Shown: positions 16,606 through 25,607, counted from the stretch's first letter. The stretch: 32,000 nucleotides of DNA from Sinorhizobium meliloti (GCF_017876815.1 NZ_JAGIOS010000001.1:120001-152000), one strand, 5' to 3'. A program made the numbers and translations. The notes: generated from the sequence alone by a model not told the origin.

Positions 16606-16947
16606 ATGATTCGCACATTGCTCGTCGCAGCAGCGCTTGGCTTTGCCGCAGCCGCCCCGGTCCACGCCGCCGAACCGATCCTCGGCAAGTGGAAGACGGC
16701 GAGCGGCTCCACCGCGGAAATCGCCCCCTGCGGCGCGGCCTTCTGCGTCACGCTGAAGACGGGCAAGCACGCGGGCAAGCGTGTCGGTTCGCTGTCGGGA
16801 ACCGGCGGCAGCTATAGCGGCGTGGTCACCGATCCCGAAAGCGACAAAACCTATAGCGGCACAGGGTCGGTGGACGGCAATCTGCTCAAGATGCGGGGCT
16901 GCGTGCTGAAGGTGCTTTGCAAGTCGCAAACCTGGACGCGTCTTTAA
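16606..16947 (+). CDS. DUF2147-family periplasmic protein
   Basis: Signal peptide MIRTLLVAAALGFAAAAPVHA, then EPILGKWKTASGSTAEIAPCG...DPESDKTYSG...LKMRGCV. Start ATG 16606, preceded by GGAGGAG. The track start 16498 is rejected. Confidence 0.75.
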   Translation: MIRTLLVAAALGFAAAAPVHAAEPILGKWKTASGSTAEIAPCGAAFCVTLKTGKHAGKRVGSLSGTGGSYSGVVTDPESDKTYSGTGSVDGNLLKMRGCVLKVLCKSQTWTRL

Positions 16948-17095
16948 GCCTCGACAGCTAAAACATGGGCGGCGTTGCACCAGCCGCGACCTCTAGGGAG
17001 CCGTTGCACGGAGAGAGACCGGCTGGCTCTCGCTTCCAGTTATGCGGTCTGCCGACGGCATCGCTTGGGATAGGTGAAGGTCAAGCCGCTTGTCG

Positions 17096-17116
17096 TCTCC
17101 CCCACAAGGGGGGAGA
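17096..17116. terminator. GC hairpin between the convergent DUF2147 and GST genes
   Basis: TCTCCCCC-ACAA-GGGGGGAGA. No clear U-tract. Confidence 0.4.
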
Positions 17117-17170
17117 ATATATGCGGCAGGCCCTCGTTTCCTGCTTCTCCGTTCTGTCCGTGGCATCGTC

Positions 17171-17872
17171 TCAGCGGGCGCGTTGGCCGAACAGAACCTT
17201 CTGCGCCTCTTCGTCCTCGGCGAGGCTCTTCTGGCGGGCCCGCTCCTCCTTGCCCACCTCGATGGCCTTCTTCACCGCCGGTCGCGCAAGCACGGCGTCG
17301 AACCAGCGCTTCAGATTCGGGAATTCGTTGAGGTCCTGGCCCTGATTCTCGTGCGGAATCACCCAGCCGATCGCGGCCATGTCTGCGATCGAGTAATCGC
17401 CAGCGAGGAACGGTCGGTCGGCGAGCCTCTTGTTCATCACGCCGTAGAGGCGGTTCACTTCATTGGTATAGCGGTCGATGCCGTAGGCGATCCTTTCCGG
17501 GGCATATTGGCGGAAGTGGTGTGCCTGCCCCGCCATCGGCCCCAGTCCGCCCACCTGCCAGAAGAGCCATTGCTCGACGTCGACACGGGCGCGCTCGTCG
17601 GACGGATAGAACTTGCCGTATTTGCGGCCGAGATACTGCAGGATCGCTCCTGATTCGAATACGGAGATGGACTCGCCACCCGGACCGTCCGGATCGACGA
17701 TCGCCGGCATCCGGTTGTTCGGCGAGATCTTCAGGAAGTCCGGCTGGAACTGATCGCCCCGGCCGATATTTATGTACTTGACGACGTAGGGAACGCCGAG
17801 CTCCTCCAGCATTATGGTGATCTTCCAGCCGTTCGGCGTGGGCCAATAATAAAGCTCGATCGGAGCGGTCAT
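17171..17872 (-). CDS. Glutathione S-transferase, Nu class (YfcG/YghU-like)
   Basis: MTAPIELYYWPTPNGWKITIMLEE...FLKISPNNRMPAIVD...SVFESGAILQYL...QWLFWQVGGLGPMAGQAHHF is closely collinear with E. coli YfcG as I recall it. Start ATG 17872, preceded by AGGAGA. Confidence 0.85.
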   Translation of the reverse strand: MTAPIELYYWPTPNGWKITIMLEELGVPYVVKYINIGRGDQFQPDFLKISPNNRMPAIVDPDGPGGESISVFESGAILQYLGRKYGKFYPSDERARVDVEQWLFWQVGGLGPMAGQAHHFRQYAPERIAYGIDRYTNEVNRLYGVMNKRLADRPFLAGDYSIADMAAIGWVIPHENQGQDLNEFPNLKRWFDAVLARPAVKKAIEVGKEERARQKSLAEDEEAQKVLFGQRAR

Positions 17873-18107
17873 CGCGTCTCTCCTGATTTGTCGGAAGGAC
17901 AGACTTAGGAACACGACGGCTCAACGGCAAGGCCGCAGTCCGACGCGCATTTGTTTAAGTGCATGATCGTTCTCCCTAAACCGCTGCACATCTTCGGCGC
18001 TGCTTAGATGAACGCCAGATGAACGGACGTCTCAGCCAGAGTTCAGTTTGGTTGTGCGAAAAGACAATCAATCGATTTGAACGTGTCTCGCTTCAACGGA
18101 CGGAACC

Positions 18108-18281
18108 ATGGACATTCTCGCTCGCCGCCTCACCATTATCAGCCTGCTCATGGTCGTCTTCGCGATGACGCTTGCCGCCGCAGTCGGCGCCGACACGGAA
18201 CGCCGCCGCCAGAACACCTATATCGGCTCGCTCACGGATTGCACCGCTCACACGGCGCAATACTGCCAAGCCAAACTCTGA
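18108..18281 (+). CDS. Small predicted secreted or membrane-anchored peptide (57 aa), not in the ORF track
   Basis: MDILARRLTIISLLMVVFAMTLAAAVGADTERRRQNTYIGSLTDCTAHTAQYCQAKL*. It has a signal-like N-terminus and two Cys residues in the tail. Third-position G/C is strongly enriched, as in neighbouring genes. The SD is weak. Confidence 0.4.
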   Translation: MDILARRLTIISLLMVVFAMTLAAAVGADTERRRQNTYIGSLTDCTAHTAQYCQAKL

Positions 18282-18294
18282 AGGAAGCTGTGGA

Positions 18295-18468
18295 ATGGCC
18301 GCTCTCGTCTCCTCTGCCATTCTTTCGCTCAGGCTCCTGATACTCGCGGGCCTGCTCATCGCACCCATCGGAGCGGTCGCTTACAGCAAAGTCGCCGGCT
18401 ACGGCATCGGCAAGAACGGTGCCGGCTTCGTTCTTTTCGTCACCCTTCAGCGCCAGGCGATGAGCTGA
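18295..18468 (+). CDS. Small hydrophobic protein (57 aa)
   Basis: MAALVSSAILSLRLLILAGLLIAPIGAVAYSKVAGYGIGKNGAGFVLFVTLQRQAMS*. AAGGAAG lies 7 nt upstream of the ATG. This is the internal start of track ORF 18172..18468. Confidence 0.4.
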   Translation: MAALVSSAILSLRLLILAGLLIAPIGAVAYSKVAGYGIGKNGAGFVLFVTLQRQAMS

Positions 18469-18542
18469 TTTCGAGACCCGCTTTCTATCCTTGCATGTCG
18501 GTTGAAAGTCCGTTTCTCTCTTGATCGGGAGGACCTGAAACC

Positions 18543-18863
18543 GTGCCCGCATACGCTATCTATTTTCTCGCTGCTCTTGCCGAAATCACCGGATGCTTTG
18601 CCTTCTGGTCCTGGCTGAGACTTGGCAAATCCGCCTTATGGCTCATTCCCGGCATGGCTTCGCTCGCGCTTTTCGCCTGGCTGCTGACGATGGTGGACGC
18701 GGCAGCGGCGGGCCGCACCTATGCCGCCTATGGCGGCGTCTACATCGTCGCGTCGCTCTCTTGGCTCTGGCTTGCCGAAGGCGTCCGGCCGGATCACTGG
18801 GACATGACGGGCGCCGCCGTGGCGCTCGCCGGCAGTGCGATCATTCTCGCGGGGCCTCGCTGA
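18543..18863 (+). CDS. ynfA: YnfA-family (UPF0060) small inner-membrane protein
   Basis: 106 aa. ...[22 protein letters not shown]...[15 protein letters not shown]...RPDHWD..GA is the YnfA pattern. GTG start with GGGAGGA upstream. Confidence 0.85.
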   Translation: MPAYAIYFLAALAEITGCFAFWSWLRLGKSALWLIPGMASLALFAWLLTMVDAAAAGRTYAAYGGVYIVASLSWLWLAEGVRPDHWDMTGAAVALAGSAIILAGPR

Positions 18864-18909
18864 AGTACAACGTGCGGCGCTGTAGAACAAAAAACAACAC
18901 TCTTGTCGT

Positions 18910-18937
18910 TTGCTTGTCGAAAGGTGCAGCATATAAT
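18910..18937 (+). promoter_or_regulatory. Candidate sigma70-type promoter of amn, placed so that the transcript would be leaderless
   Basis: TTGCTT (18910..18915), a 16-nt spacer, then TATAAT (18932..18937). The amn ATG starts at 18943, only 5 nt after the -10 element. Confidence 0.4.
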
Positions 18938-18942
18938 GCGAC

Positions 18943-20445
18943 ATGAACAAGCGAATCTCTTCAAACTCCGTCCTCTCCGTCGCCACCCCTGAACCCTTTG
19001 AGCCGCAGCTCTTCGACGATCCGACCGAGGCCGTCGATTGTCTGGAGGCGCTCTACGAGCGCAACACCCGCTTCCTCTGCGAAGGTTTCGAAGGGCTCGG
19101 AAAAAGCGGCAGGCCGCTCACCCGTTTCCGCGCCTGCTATCCGCAGGTCAGCATCGAGACGAGCAGCTTCGGACATGTCGATTCCAGGCTCTCCTTCGGC
19201 TATGTCAGCGCGCCCGGCGTCTACACGACGACCATCACCCGGCCCAAACTGTTCCGGCACTATTTGAAAGAACAGCTCGGCCACCTCATGCGCAACCACG
19301 GCGTCGGCGTCACGGTGTCGGAATCCTCGACACCTATCCCCCTCCATTTCGCCTTTGGCGAAGGGGCGCATGTCGAAGCGTCTGCGGCCGAAAGCATCGA
19401 CATTCCGTTGCGCGACCTTTTCGACGCGCCGGATCTTACGACCACCGACGACGAGATCGCCAACGGCTCCTACGAGCCGGGACCGGGAGAACCGTCGCCG
19501 CTCGCGCCCTTCACGGCGCAGCGCATCGACTATTCGCTGGCGCGCCTCAGCCACTATACTGCGACCAGCGCCAGGCACTTCCAGAACTTCGTGCTTTTCA
19601 CGAACTATCAGTTCTATGTCGACGAGTTCTGCGCCTGGGCGCGCCAGCAGATGGCGGAGGGCGGCAACGGTTACACCGCCTTCATCGAGCCCGGCAACAT
19701 CACCACACCGGCGGGTGCCGACCGGCCGGATGCCGACTATTCGCTCGCCCGTCTGCCGCAGATGCCCGCCTATCATCTGAAGAAGAAGGGGCACGGCGGC
19801 ATCACCCTCGTCAATATCGGCGTCGGGCCATCCAATGCCAAGACGATCACCGACCATATCGCCGTGTTGAGGCCGCATGTCTGGCTGATGCTCGGCCATT
19901 GCGCGGGGCTGCGCAACAGCCAGCGGCTCGGCGATTACGTGCTGGCGCATGCCTATATGCGCGAGGATCACGTGCTCGATGACGACCTGCCGGTCTGGAT
20001 TCCCCTGCCCGCACTGGCCGAGGTGCAGGTTGCCTTGCAGGATGCCGTCGCCGAAGTGACGGGCTACAAGGGCTACGACCTCAAACAGATCATGCGCACG
20101 GGCACGGTCGCGACGATCGACAACCGCAACTGGGAACTGCGCGACCAGCGCGGGCCGGTCAAACGACTCTCGCAGGCCCGGGCCATCGCGCTCGACATGG
20201 AATCGGCGACCATCGCCGCCAACGGGTTCCGCTTCCGCGTCCCCTACGGGACGTTGCTCTGCGTGTCCGACAAGCCCCTGCACGGCGAACTGAAGCTGCC
20301 CGGCATGGCAAGCGCCTTTTACCGGACCCAGGTGAGCCAGCATCTGAAGATCGGTATCCTCGCCCTGCAGAAACTGGCGGCAATGCCTCCCGAGAAGCTG
20401 CATTCACGCAAGCTCAGAAGCTTCTACGAGACCTCGTTCCAGTAG
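18943..20445 (+). CDS. amn: AMP nucleosidase
   Basis: 500 aa, collinear with E. coli Amn as I recall it: ...YTTTITRPKLFRHYL..., ...RIDYSLARLSHYT..., ...ITLVNIGVGPSNAKTITDHIAVLRPHVWLMLGHCAGL..., ...AIALDMESATIAANGFRFRVPYGTLLCVSDKPLHGE... Confidence 0.95.
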   Translation: MNKRISSNSVLSVATPEPFEPQLFDDPTEAVDCLEALYERNTRFLCEGFEGLGKSGRPLTRFRACYPQVSIETSSFGHVDSRLSFGYVSAPGVYTTTITRPKLFRHYLKEQLGHLMRNHGVGVTVSESSTPIPLHFAFGEGAHVEASAAESIDIPLRDLFDAPDLTTTDDEIANGSYEPGPGEPSPLAPFTAQRIDYSLARLSHYTATSARHFQNFVLFTNYQFYVDEFCAWARQQMAEGGNGYTAFIEPGNITTPAGADRPDADYSLARLPQMPAYHLKKKGHGGITLVNIGVGPSNAKTITDHIAVLRPHVWLMLGHCAGLRNSQRLGDYVLAHAYMREDHVLDDDLPVWIPLPALAEVQVALQDAVAEVTGYKGYDLKQIMRTGTVATIDNRNWELRDQRGPVKRLSQARAIALDMESATIAANGFRFRVPYGTLLCVSDKPLHGELKLPGMASAFYRTQVSQHLKIGILALQKLAAMPPEKLHSRKLRSFYETSFQ

Positions 20446-20473
20446 AGCCAGCATCTTATCGCGCAGAAGCGTT

Positions 20474-21430
20474 TCACGCTTTCGGCCGCAGGAGGAGCGA
20501 CAGCATCGTCCCGGCCACCGCCGACACGATGACCATGAGGTGGGCATTGACACTGGCGCGGCCGAGCGTCTCGAGCGTCGCCTGATCCGCCGACGCTCCG
20601 AAGGAAACCGCGCCGGCGACGATCGCCGCTGCGTAGGTTCCCACACCCGCCGGCGCGTGCACCGGCAGCACGGAAGACAATTCGCCACCGAGCGCCCCGC
20701 CGAAGGAGGCGGCGAGTGGCGCGACCCCCATGATCGCGAGCACCCAGGCGAGAACGACGACCTTTACCGCCCAGTTCAGCATCGTCATCGCCCAGGCCCG
20801 CAGGAAAGCGGGAATGCCGATCGGCAGACCTGCCTCCGCCTCGTCCAGGAGCGGACCGGCCTTCGCCGGCGCGACACGGCGCATCACGGTGAGAGCTTTC
20901 TCCTTCATGAGAAAGAAGGCAAGAGGCGACAGAAAAGCGATCAGCCAGAGAACCCAGCCGATCGCCCCTTGGCCCCGCCCGGCCACCAGGCCCACCGCAG
21001 CGACGGTGAGCAGGGCGTGCAGATCCAGAAGTCGCATGACGAAGAGCGCCGCGGTGCCACGCACCAGCGGCACGCCGAATTCGCTGCGCATGAGCAAGGG
21101 AAAGCTCGTTTCGCCGGCTCTGAACGGCAGCATGATGTTGAGCAGATTGTGAACCTGGGTCACCCGGAAGAGAGACAGAAAACGGCCCCTGGTTTCACCC
21201 GGGAAGTAGTCGTGGATCCGATAGCAGCGGATGAAATAGGTGGCGACGAGAAGCGCTAGCGCCGAGAGGACCGGCCCGACGCCGATCTCGGCCCATTGCC
21301 GCAGCAGTACCGGCCAGCCCCAGACCCACTCTACGAAGATGGCATAAGCCGCGATTGCCGCCGCGGAAATCAGTGCCAGACGGTTGCGGGCGAGCCACGA
21401 CCGCCGGCTGCGCTCCCAGTTCGTATTCAT
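20474..21430 (-). CDS. UPF0104 / LPG-synthase-TM (MprF flippase-domain-like) integral membrane protein
   Basis: 318 aa, polytopic, with the family motif ...NIMLPFRAGETSF.... It is divergent from the GT2 gene across a 95-bp spacer. Confidence 0.8.
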   Translation of the reverse strand: MNTNWERSRRSWLARNRLALISAAAIAAYAIFVEWVWGWPVLLRQWAEIGVGPVLSALALLVATYFIRCYRIHDYFPGETRGRFLSLFRVTQVHNLLNIMLPFRAGETSFPLLMRSEFGVPLVRGTAALFVMRLLDLHALLTVAAVGLVAGRGQGAIGWVLWLIAFLSPLAFFLMKEKALTVMRRVAPAKAGPLLDEAEAGLPIGIPAFLRAWAMTMLNWAVKVVVLAWVLAIMGVAPLAASFGGALGGELSSVLPVHAPAGVGTYAAAIVAGAVSFGASADQATLETLGRASVNAHLMVIVSAVAGTMLSLLLRPKA

Positions 21431-21525
21431 CGAGACTGTTTTCCTGTATCAGCAATGCGATTCGACATTGGTTATAACCTCATAAGTATGCAAGAAAACC
21501 TGCAAGCCCACCGGAGACTGCCCCC

Positions 21526-22545
21526 TTGAATCGCATCGAAGAACCCGTGAAGCCGATGACCGAAGTCCTGGAGGGCGTCGAGCTCTCCATAGTCGTGCCG
21601 GTGTTCAACGAGGAGGAGAGCGTCGGGCCGCTCGTCACGCGCATCCGGGCGGCCATGGCCGGGTTCCTGAAGTCATGGGAGCTCATCCTCGTCGACGACG
21701 GCAGCACGGACCGGACCCTGCCGAATGCGCGCAAGGAGCTTTCAAACCCCGACCTGCAACTGAAGATCATCGAGCTCCAGAAGAATTTCGGTCAGACAGC
21801 CGCAATGCAGGCGGGAATCGACGCGGCCTCCGGCCGGCTGATCGCGACGCTCGACGGCGACCTCCAGAACGATCCGGCGGACATTCCCAACATGGTCGCG
21901 GCGATAGAAGAGCGCGGGCTCGACCTCCTTGTCGGCTGGAGGCAAAACCGACGCGATGCGCTGATTCTGAGGAAGATCCCTTCCTGGTGCGCCAACGTTC
22001 TGATCGGCAAGATCACCGGCGTGAGACTGCACGATTATGGCTGCAGCCTGAAGATCTACCGCGGTTCCATCATCAAGCAGGTGAAGCTGATGGGGGAAAT
22101 GCACCGCTTCATTCCCGCCTGGGTGGCGGGTGTCGTGCCGAGCAGCCGGATCGGGGAGATGCCGGTGACCCATCATGCGCGGCATTACGGCACCTCGAAA
22201 TACGGTATCTCGCGCACGTTCCGGGTTATCCTCGATCTGCTCGCGGTCTTGTTCTTCATGCGCTACAAGGCGCGGCCCGGGCACTTTTTCGGCTCCATTG
22301 GCCTGGCCGCCGGCGGCCTCAGTGTGCTGATCCTTCTCTATCTTGCGATAGACAAGTTCATCCTCGGCAACGACATCGGCACCCGTCCGATGCTGATCGT
22401 CGGCGTGATGCTGTTCCTCTCGTCGATCCAGCTGATCACCACCGGCATTCTCTCGGAGATGATGGCGCGCGCCTATTTCCGCGACGATGAAGTGACGAGT
22501 TACATCGTGCGCCAGACTTTCGAGCGGGAGCAGCCGCATGCTTGA
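21526..22545 (+). CDS. GT2 polyprenyl-phosphate glycosyltransferase (GtrB/ArnC/DPM1-like) with two C-terminal TM helices
   Basis: LSIVVPVFNEEESV...ELILVDDGSTDRT...FGQTAAMQAGI...ATLDGDLQNDP (DxD)...KIYR..., then two hydrophobic helices. The start is uncertain (TTG 21526 or ATG 21556). Confidence 0.85.
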   Translation: MNRIEEPVKPMTEVLEGVELSIVVPVFNEEESVGPLVTRIRAAMAGFLKSWELILVDDGSTDRTLPNARKELSNPDLQLKIIELQKNFGQTAAMQAGIDAASGRLIATLDGDLQNDPADIPNMVAAIEERGLDLLVGWRQNRRDALILRKIPSWCANVLIGKITGVRLHDYGCSLKIYRGSIIKQVKLMGEMHRFIPAWVAGVVPSSRIGEMPVTHHARHYGTSKYGISRTFRVILDLLAVLFFMRYKARPGHFFGSIGLAAGGLSVLILLYLAIDKFILGNDIGTRPMLIVGVMLFLSSIQLITTGILSEMMARAYFRDDEVTSYIVRQTFEREQPHA

Positions 22546-24025
22546 AGCGGTCAATCGGCGGCCTGGAGCGGCCGTCCTGGCGGTTGCCGGCTATTTCCTG
22601 CTGTGCATCATCCTGCGGGTCTCCGTCTCGAGCTCACTGGAGATCGACGAGGCGGAACAGGCATTTCTGTCTCAGTTCCTCGCCCTCGGATACGGACCGC
22701 AGCCGCCCTTCTACAATTGGCTGCAATATGGACTGGCAGAGCTCATCGGACCTTCGCTGGCGACGATGACCATCCTCAAGAACGGGCTCCTTTTTCTCTG
22801 TTGCCTGTTCTACGGTCTTGCGGCACGGCTCGTGCTGGCCGACCGGCGTCTGCCCCCGATCGCGATGCTCGGCGTTCTCACGCTACCCCCAGTCTTTCTA
22901 CTCGCACAGCGCGACCTTTCGCACACGATTGCAGCACTCTTCGCCGTCTCGTTGTTTCTGTACGGCTTTCTGAGGACGCTCAAGCGGCCCAGCCTCTTTT
23001 CCTATCTCCTCACCGGGGTCGCGGTGGGTATCGGCCTGATGGCGAAGTACAATTTCGTCCTGGTGCCGGTCGCGGCGATTGTCGCCGTTTTGCCGGAACG
23101 GGAGCTGCGGGCGCGGATACTCGACTGGCGCATTCTGCCGGCGATTGCGATAGCAACTCTCATCGTTCTGCCCCACGCCTACTGGATGCTGCAGAATTTC
23201 GGTTTCGCCTCGGGTGGGACCTTGAACGAGATGAGGGAGCGCGAGGCGGAGGGACTTCTGCTTCAGGCCTTTTACGGCGTCTATTCGCTCGGCTCAGCCA
23301 TCATCGGCGGCAGCCTGGGGCCGCTGCTCGTATTCGGCCTCGTCTTCCGCGGCAAGCTCCGCGCGATCTGGCAGGCGGAAAGCCAGTGGAGCAGGATCAT
23401 AGGGCGGATGCTCGCCCTTTGCCTGATTGCGGTCCTGCTGGTCGTACTCGGCGTGGCCGCCACCCATGTACGGGAAAAATGGCTGGTCCTCTTCCTCGTT
23501 CTCATTCCGCTTTATCTCTGCCTGAAGATCGAGGCGGCGAATATCGACCTCACAGACAGCCTCAGGCGCTTCTTCCTGCTGGTCTGCGTCATCGCGCTGG
23601 GTGCACTCGTGATGGTATCGGCGCGAGCCGTCGTGCGGCCGTGGTTCGGCGACTATTCGAGGCTGAATATACCCTACGCCGCATTTGCCGAAGCGGTGGC
23701 GCAGGCGGAAGGCGGCCAGCCGGCGCTTATCCTCGCCAATGACAAGCAGATTGCGGGAAATCTCCGAACGCAGTTCAGCCGGGCACAGGTCACGATGCCG
23801 AGGCCCTCGAATGCCCTTCCGGTCGATATGTCGAGAAGACCCCTTCTCCTGGTCTGGCACGATGACGCACAGCCGGAAGCGCCCGTTCCCGACCTGCTGC
23901 GGAACGCTCTATCCGAACTTGGTGTCCCGGGGGCGGCAGCGGCACCGCGCCACCTCGCCCTTCCCTATCTCTACGGGACCGGCTCGGATCGCTATGGCTT
24001 CAGCTATATCTGGGTCGCGGAATAG
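22538..24025 (+). CDS. GT-C fold glycosyltransferase (ArnT/PMT_2, GT39/83-like)
   Basis: 495 aa with about 10+ TM segments. The first loop has the acidic motif SLEIDEAEQAF. ...GIGLMAKYNF... is also present, and the C-terminal ~130 aa form a soluble domain. Its ATG overlaps the GT2 stop by 8 nt (ATGCTTGA). Confidence 0.8.
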   Translation: MLEAVNRRPGAAVLAVAGYFLLCIILRVSVSSSLEIDEAEQAFLSQFLALGYGPQPPFYNWLQYGLAELIGPSLATMTILKNGLLFLCCLFYGLAARLVLADRRLPPIAMLGVLTLPPVFLLAQRDLSHTIAALFAVSLFLYGFLRTLKRPSLFSYLLTGVAVGIGLMAKYNFVLVPVAAIVAVLPERELRARILDWRILPAIAIATLIVLPHAYWMLQNFGFASGGTLNEMREREAEGLLLQAFYGVYSLGSAIIGGSLGPLLVFGLVFRGKLRAIWQAESQWSRIIGRMLALCLIAVLLVVLGVAATHVREKWLVLFLVLIPLYLCLKIEAANIDLTDSLRRFFLLVCVIALGALVMVSARAVVRPWFGDYSRLNIPYAAFAEAVAQAEGGQPALILANDKQIAGNLRTQFSRAQVTMPRPSNALPVDMSRRPLLLVWHDDAQPEAPVPDLLRNALSELGVPGAAAAPRHLALPYLYGTGSDRYGFSYIWVAE

Positions 24026-24040
24026 CGCGCGGGAAAACCG

Positions 24041-24967
24041 TTACACGGTTTTCCCGGCATTGCTCTCCTGCGAGCCGACCAGCAGCTTCAGTTCGCCGGG
24101 GTGAACGCGCAACGCGACCCGACCGCTTCTGATCGGAACGAGTTCGCCATCGATGACGCAGTTGATCTTCCGGTCCATCTTTGGAAAGTGCAGGTCGACC
24201 GTCAGAGCGCTCATCTCGGTGATCAGCGTGCTGCTCCTGAATTTTCCGCGCAGGATGTCGAAAGAGAGCTTCGCCACGCCGGCGGGGCTCAGCGGCGGCG
24301 CCGTGTAGAAGCCGAGGTGGCCGCTCGTCAGGTCTTCGGCATACATAAGCGTGTCGTGGCCGAAATGGTTGTTCGAAACCGAAATCGCCGAAACATGCCT
24401 TCGCTCGCGGTGCCCGTCCGCGTCGAATTCGATCTCGAAATCCGGTGGATTGAAGATGACACCGATGGCGGCGCGTGTGCTGGCGCTGATCTTCCCGAGT
24501 CGGGATGCGAACCGATAGGATTGACGATAGCGTACCATGCGGGCGTGAAGGCCCATCGAGAACTGGTGCACGAATGCACGGCCGTCGGCGCTGCCTATAT
24601 CGGCATCGATGATACGGCCATTGGCCAGCACCTCCGGGACCTTCCAGATATCGAGCGGCAGCTTCAGGGAGCGCGCGACGAGATTCATCGTGCCGGCGGG
24701 AACGATGCCCAGCGGCATGCCGGTTTTCCAGGCGACGCCTGCCGCCGCCGAAATCGTGCCGTCGCCGCCGCCGGCGACTATCGCATCGAGATCGCCCCGC
24801 CCGCAGGCGGTCTCCAGAGTATCCCGCATCTCGTCCGCTCCGACCACGGCGATTTCAATCTCGTGGCCGGCAGCCCGAAAGTCCTCCTCGACTTTCCTGC
24901 TGTAGGCGTCCATGTCCGTCGTTCGAAAAGTCCCCCCATCTCGATTGAAGATGGCCTTGACTTTCAA
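24041..24967 (-). CDS. Diacylglycerol-kinase-family lipid kinase (YegS/BmrU-like)
   Basis: MKVKAIFNRDGG...IVAGGGDGTISAAAG...PLGIVPAGTMNLVARSL is the DAGK catalytic-domain signature. It appears to start at TTG, with GGAGG 9 nt upstream. Confidence 0.8.
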   Translation of the reverse strand: MKVKAIFNRDGGTFRTTDMDAYSRKVEEDFRAAGHEIEIAVVGADEMRDTLETACGRGDLDAIVAGGGDGTISAAAGVAWKTGMPLGIVPAGTMNLVARSLKLPLDIWKVPEVLANGRIIDADIGSADGRAFVHQFSMGLHARMVRYRQSYRFASRLGKISASTRAAIGVIFNPPDFEIEFDADGHRERRHVSAISVSNNHFGHDTLMYAEDLTSGHLGFYTAPPLSPAGVAKLSFDILRGKFRSSTLITEMSALTVDLHFPKMDRKINCVIDGELVPIRSGRVALRVHPGELKLLVGSQESNAGKTV

Positions 24968-25105
24968 TGGCTGCTGCCTCCGTCGTGCGAGTGCGTTCAG
25001 CTTCTCAGATAAGAGCGGCCGCGGGGGTTTCCATAGCCGGGCGACGAAAATTCCGGGCAGCCATATCGCCGGCCGCTTCGGCGTGGAGAGGTTCCGACGA
25101 AGCGA

Positions 25106-25507
25106 TCAAGCGCGCTTGAGTTCGGGCCGCGAGCGGGATTCGAGCGGCTTCAATGTCATGCTGTCGCCGTCGCAGAGGACATTCTCGTCGCCCCAGGCTT
25201 TCAGGGCCATGATCACCGGTTTCAGGCTTTCTCCCCTCGCCGTCAAGGCGTAGTCGACACGCGGCGGAACGACCGGAAAGACCGTACGCGACAGGAGCGC
25301 CGCCTCCTCCAGCTCACGCAACTGCCTGGTCAGCATACGCGGCGTCAAGCTCGGCAGCCTCCTGCGCAGTTCGTTGAAGCGCAGTACGCCTTCGCTCATC
25401 AAGTGATAGAGGATGACGCCCTTCCATTTGCCATCGATGAAGCTCAAGGCCGACTCCACCGGGCAGCCCGGAAATGTGTTCGTCAGTTTCGCGCGCGGCC
25501 GGGACAT
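25106..25507 (-). CDS. HxlR-family transcriptional regulator
   Basis: ...CPVESALSFIDGKWKGVILYHL..GVLRFNELRRRLPSLTPRMLTRQLRELEEAALLSRTVFPVVPPRVDYALT.RG is the canonical HxlR wHTH. It is divergent from the oxidoreductase gene. Confidence 0.9.
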   Translation of the reverse strand: MSRPRAKLTNTFPGCPVESALSFIDGKWKGVILYHLMSEGVLRFNELRRRLPSLTPRMLTRQLRELEEAALLSRTVFPVVPPRVDYALTARGESLKPVIMALKAWGDENVLCDGDSMTLKPLESRSRPELKRA

Positions 25508-25607
25508 ACGGTATCCTTTTCGACACTATAGGCCAAATTTGTGCATTCTTGTGCCTTTTGAGCATAGGGCCCATGTAGCTCCTGTTCAATTTCAAAAGGA
25601 GCATTCC

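Noticed and set aside
18961-20403. A 480-aa ORF antisense to amn. Similar long antisense ORFs occur at 5237..6190, 9333..10193, 11771..12649, 21742..22554, 24101..25012, 27896..28879 and 29414..31108.
   Set aside because: These are typical shadow ORFs of high-GC DNA. Each lies opposite a gene with strong family motifs, is Arg/Ala/Gly/Pro-rich, and has no recognisable domains or start context.
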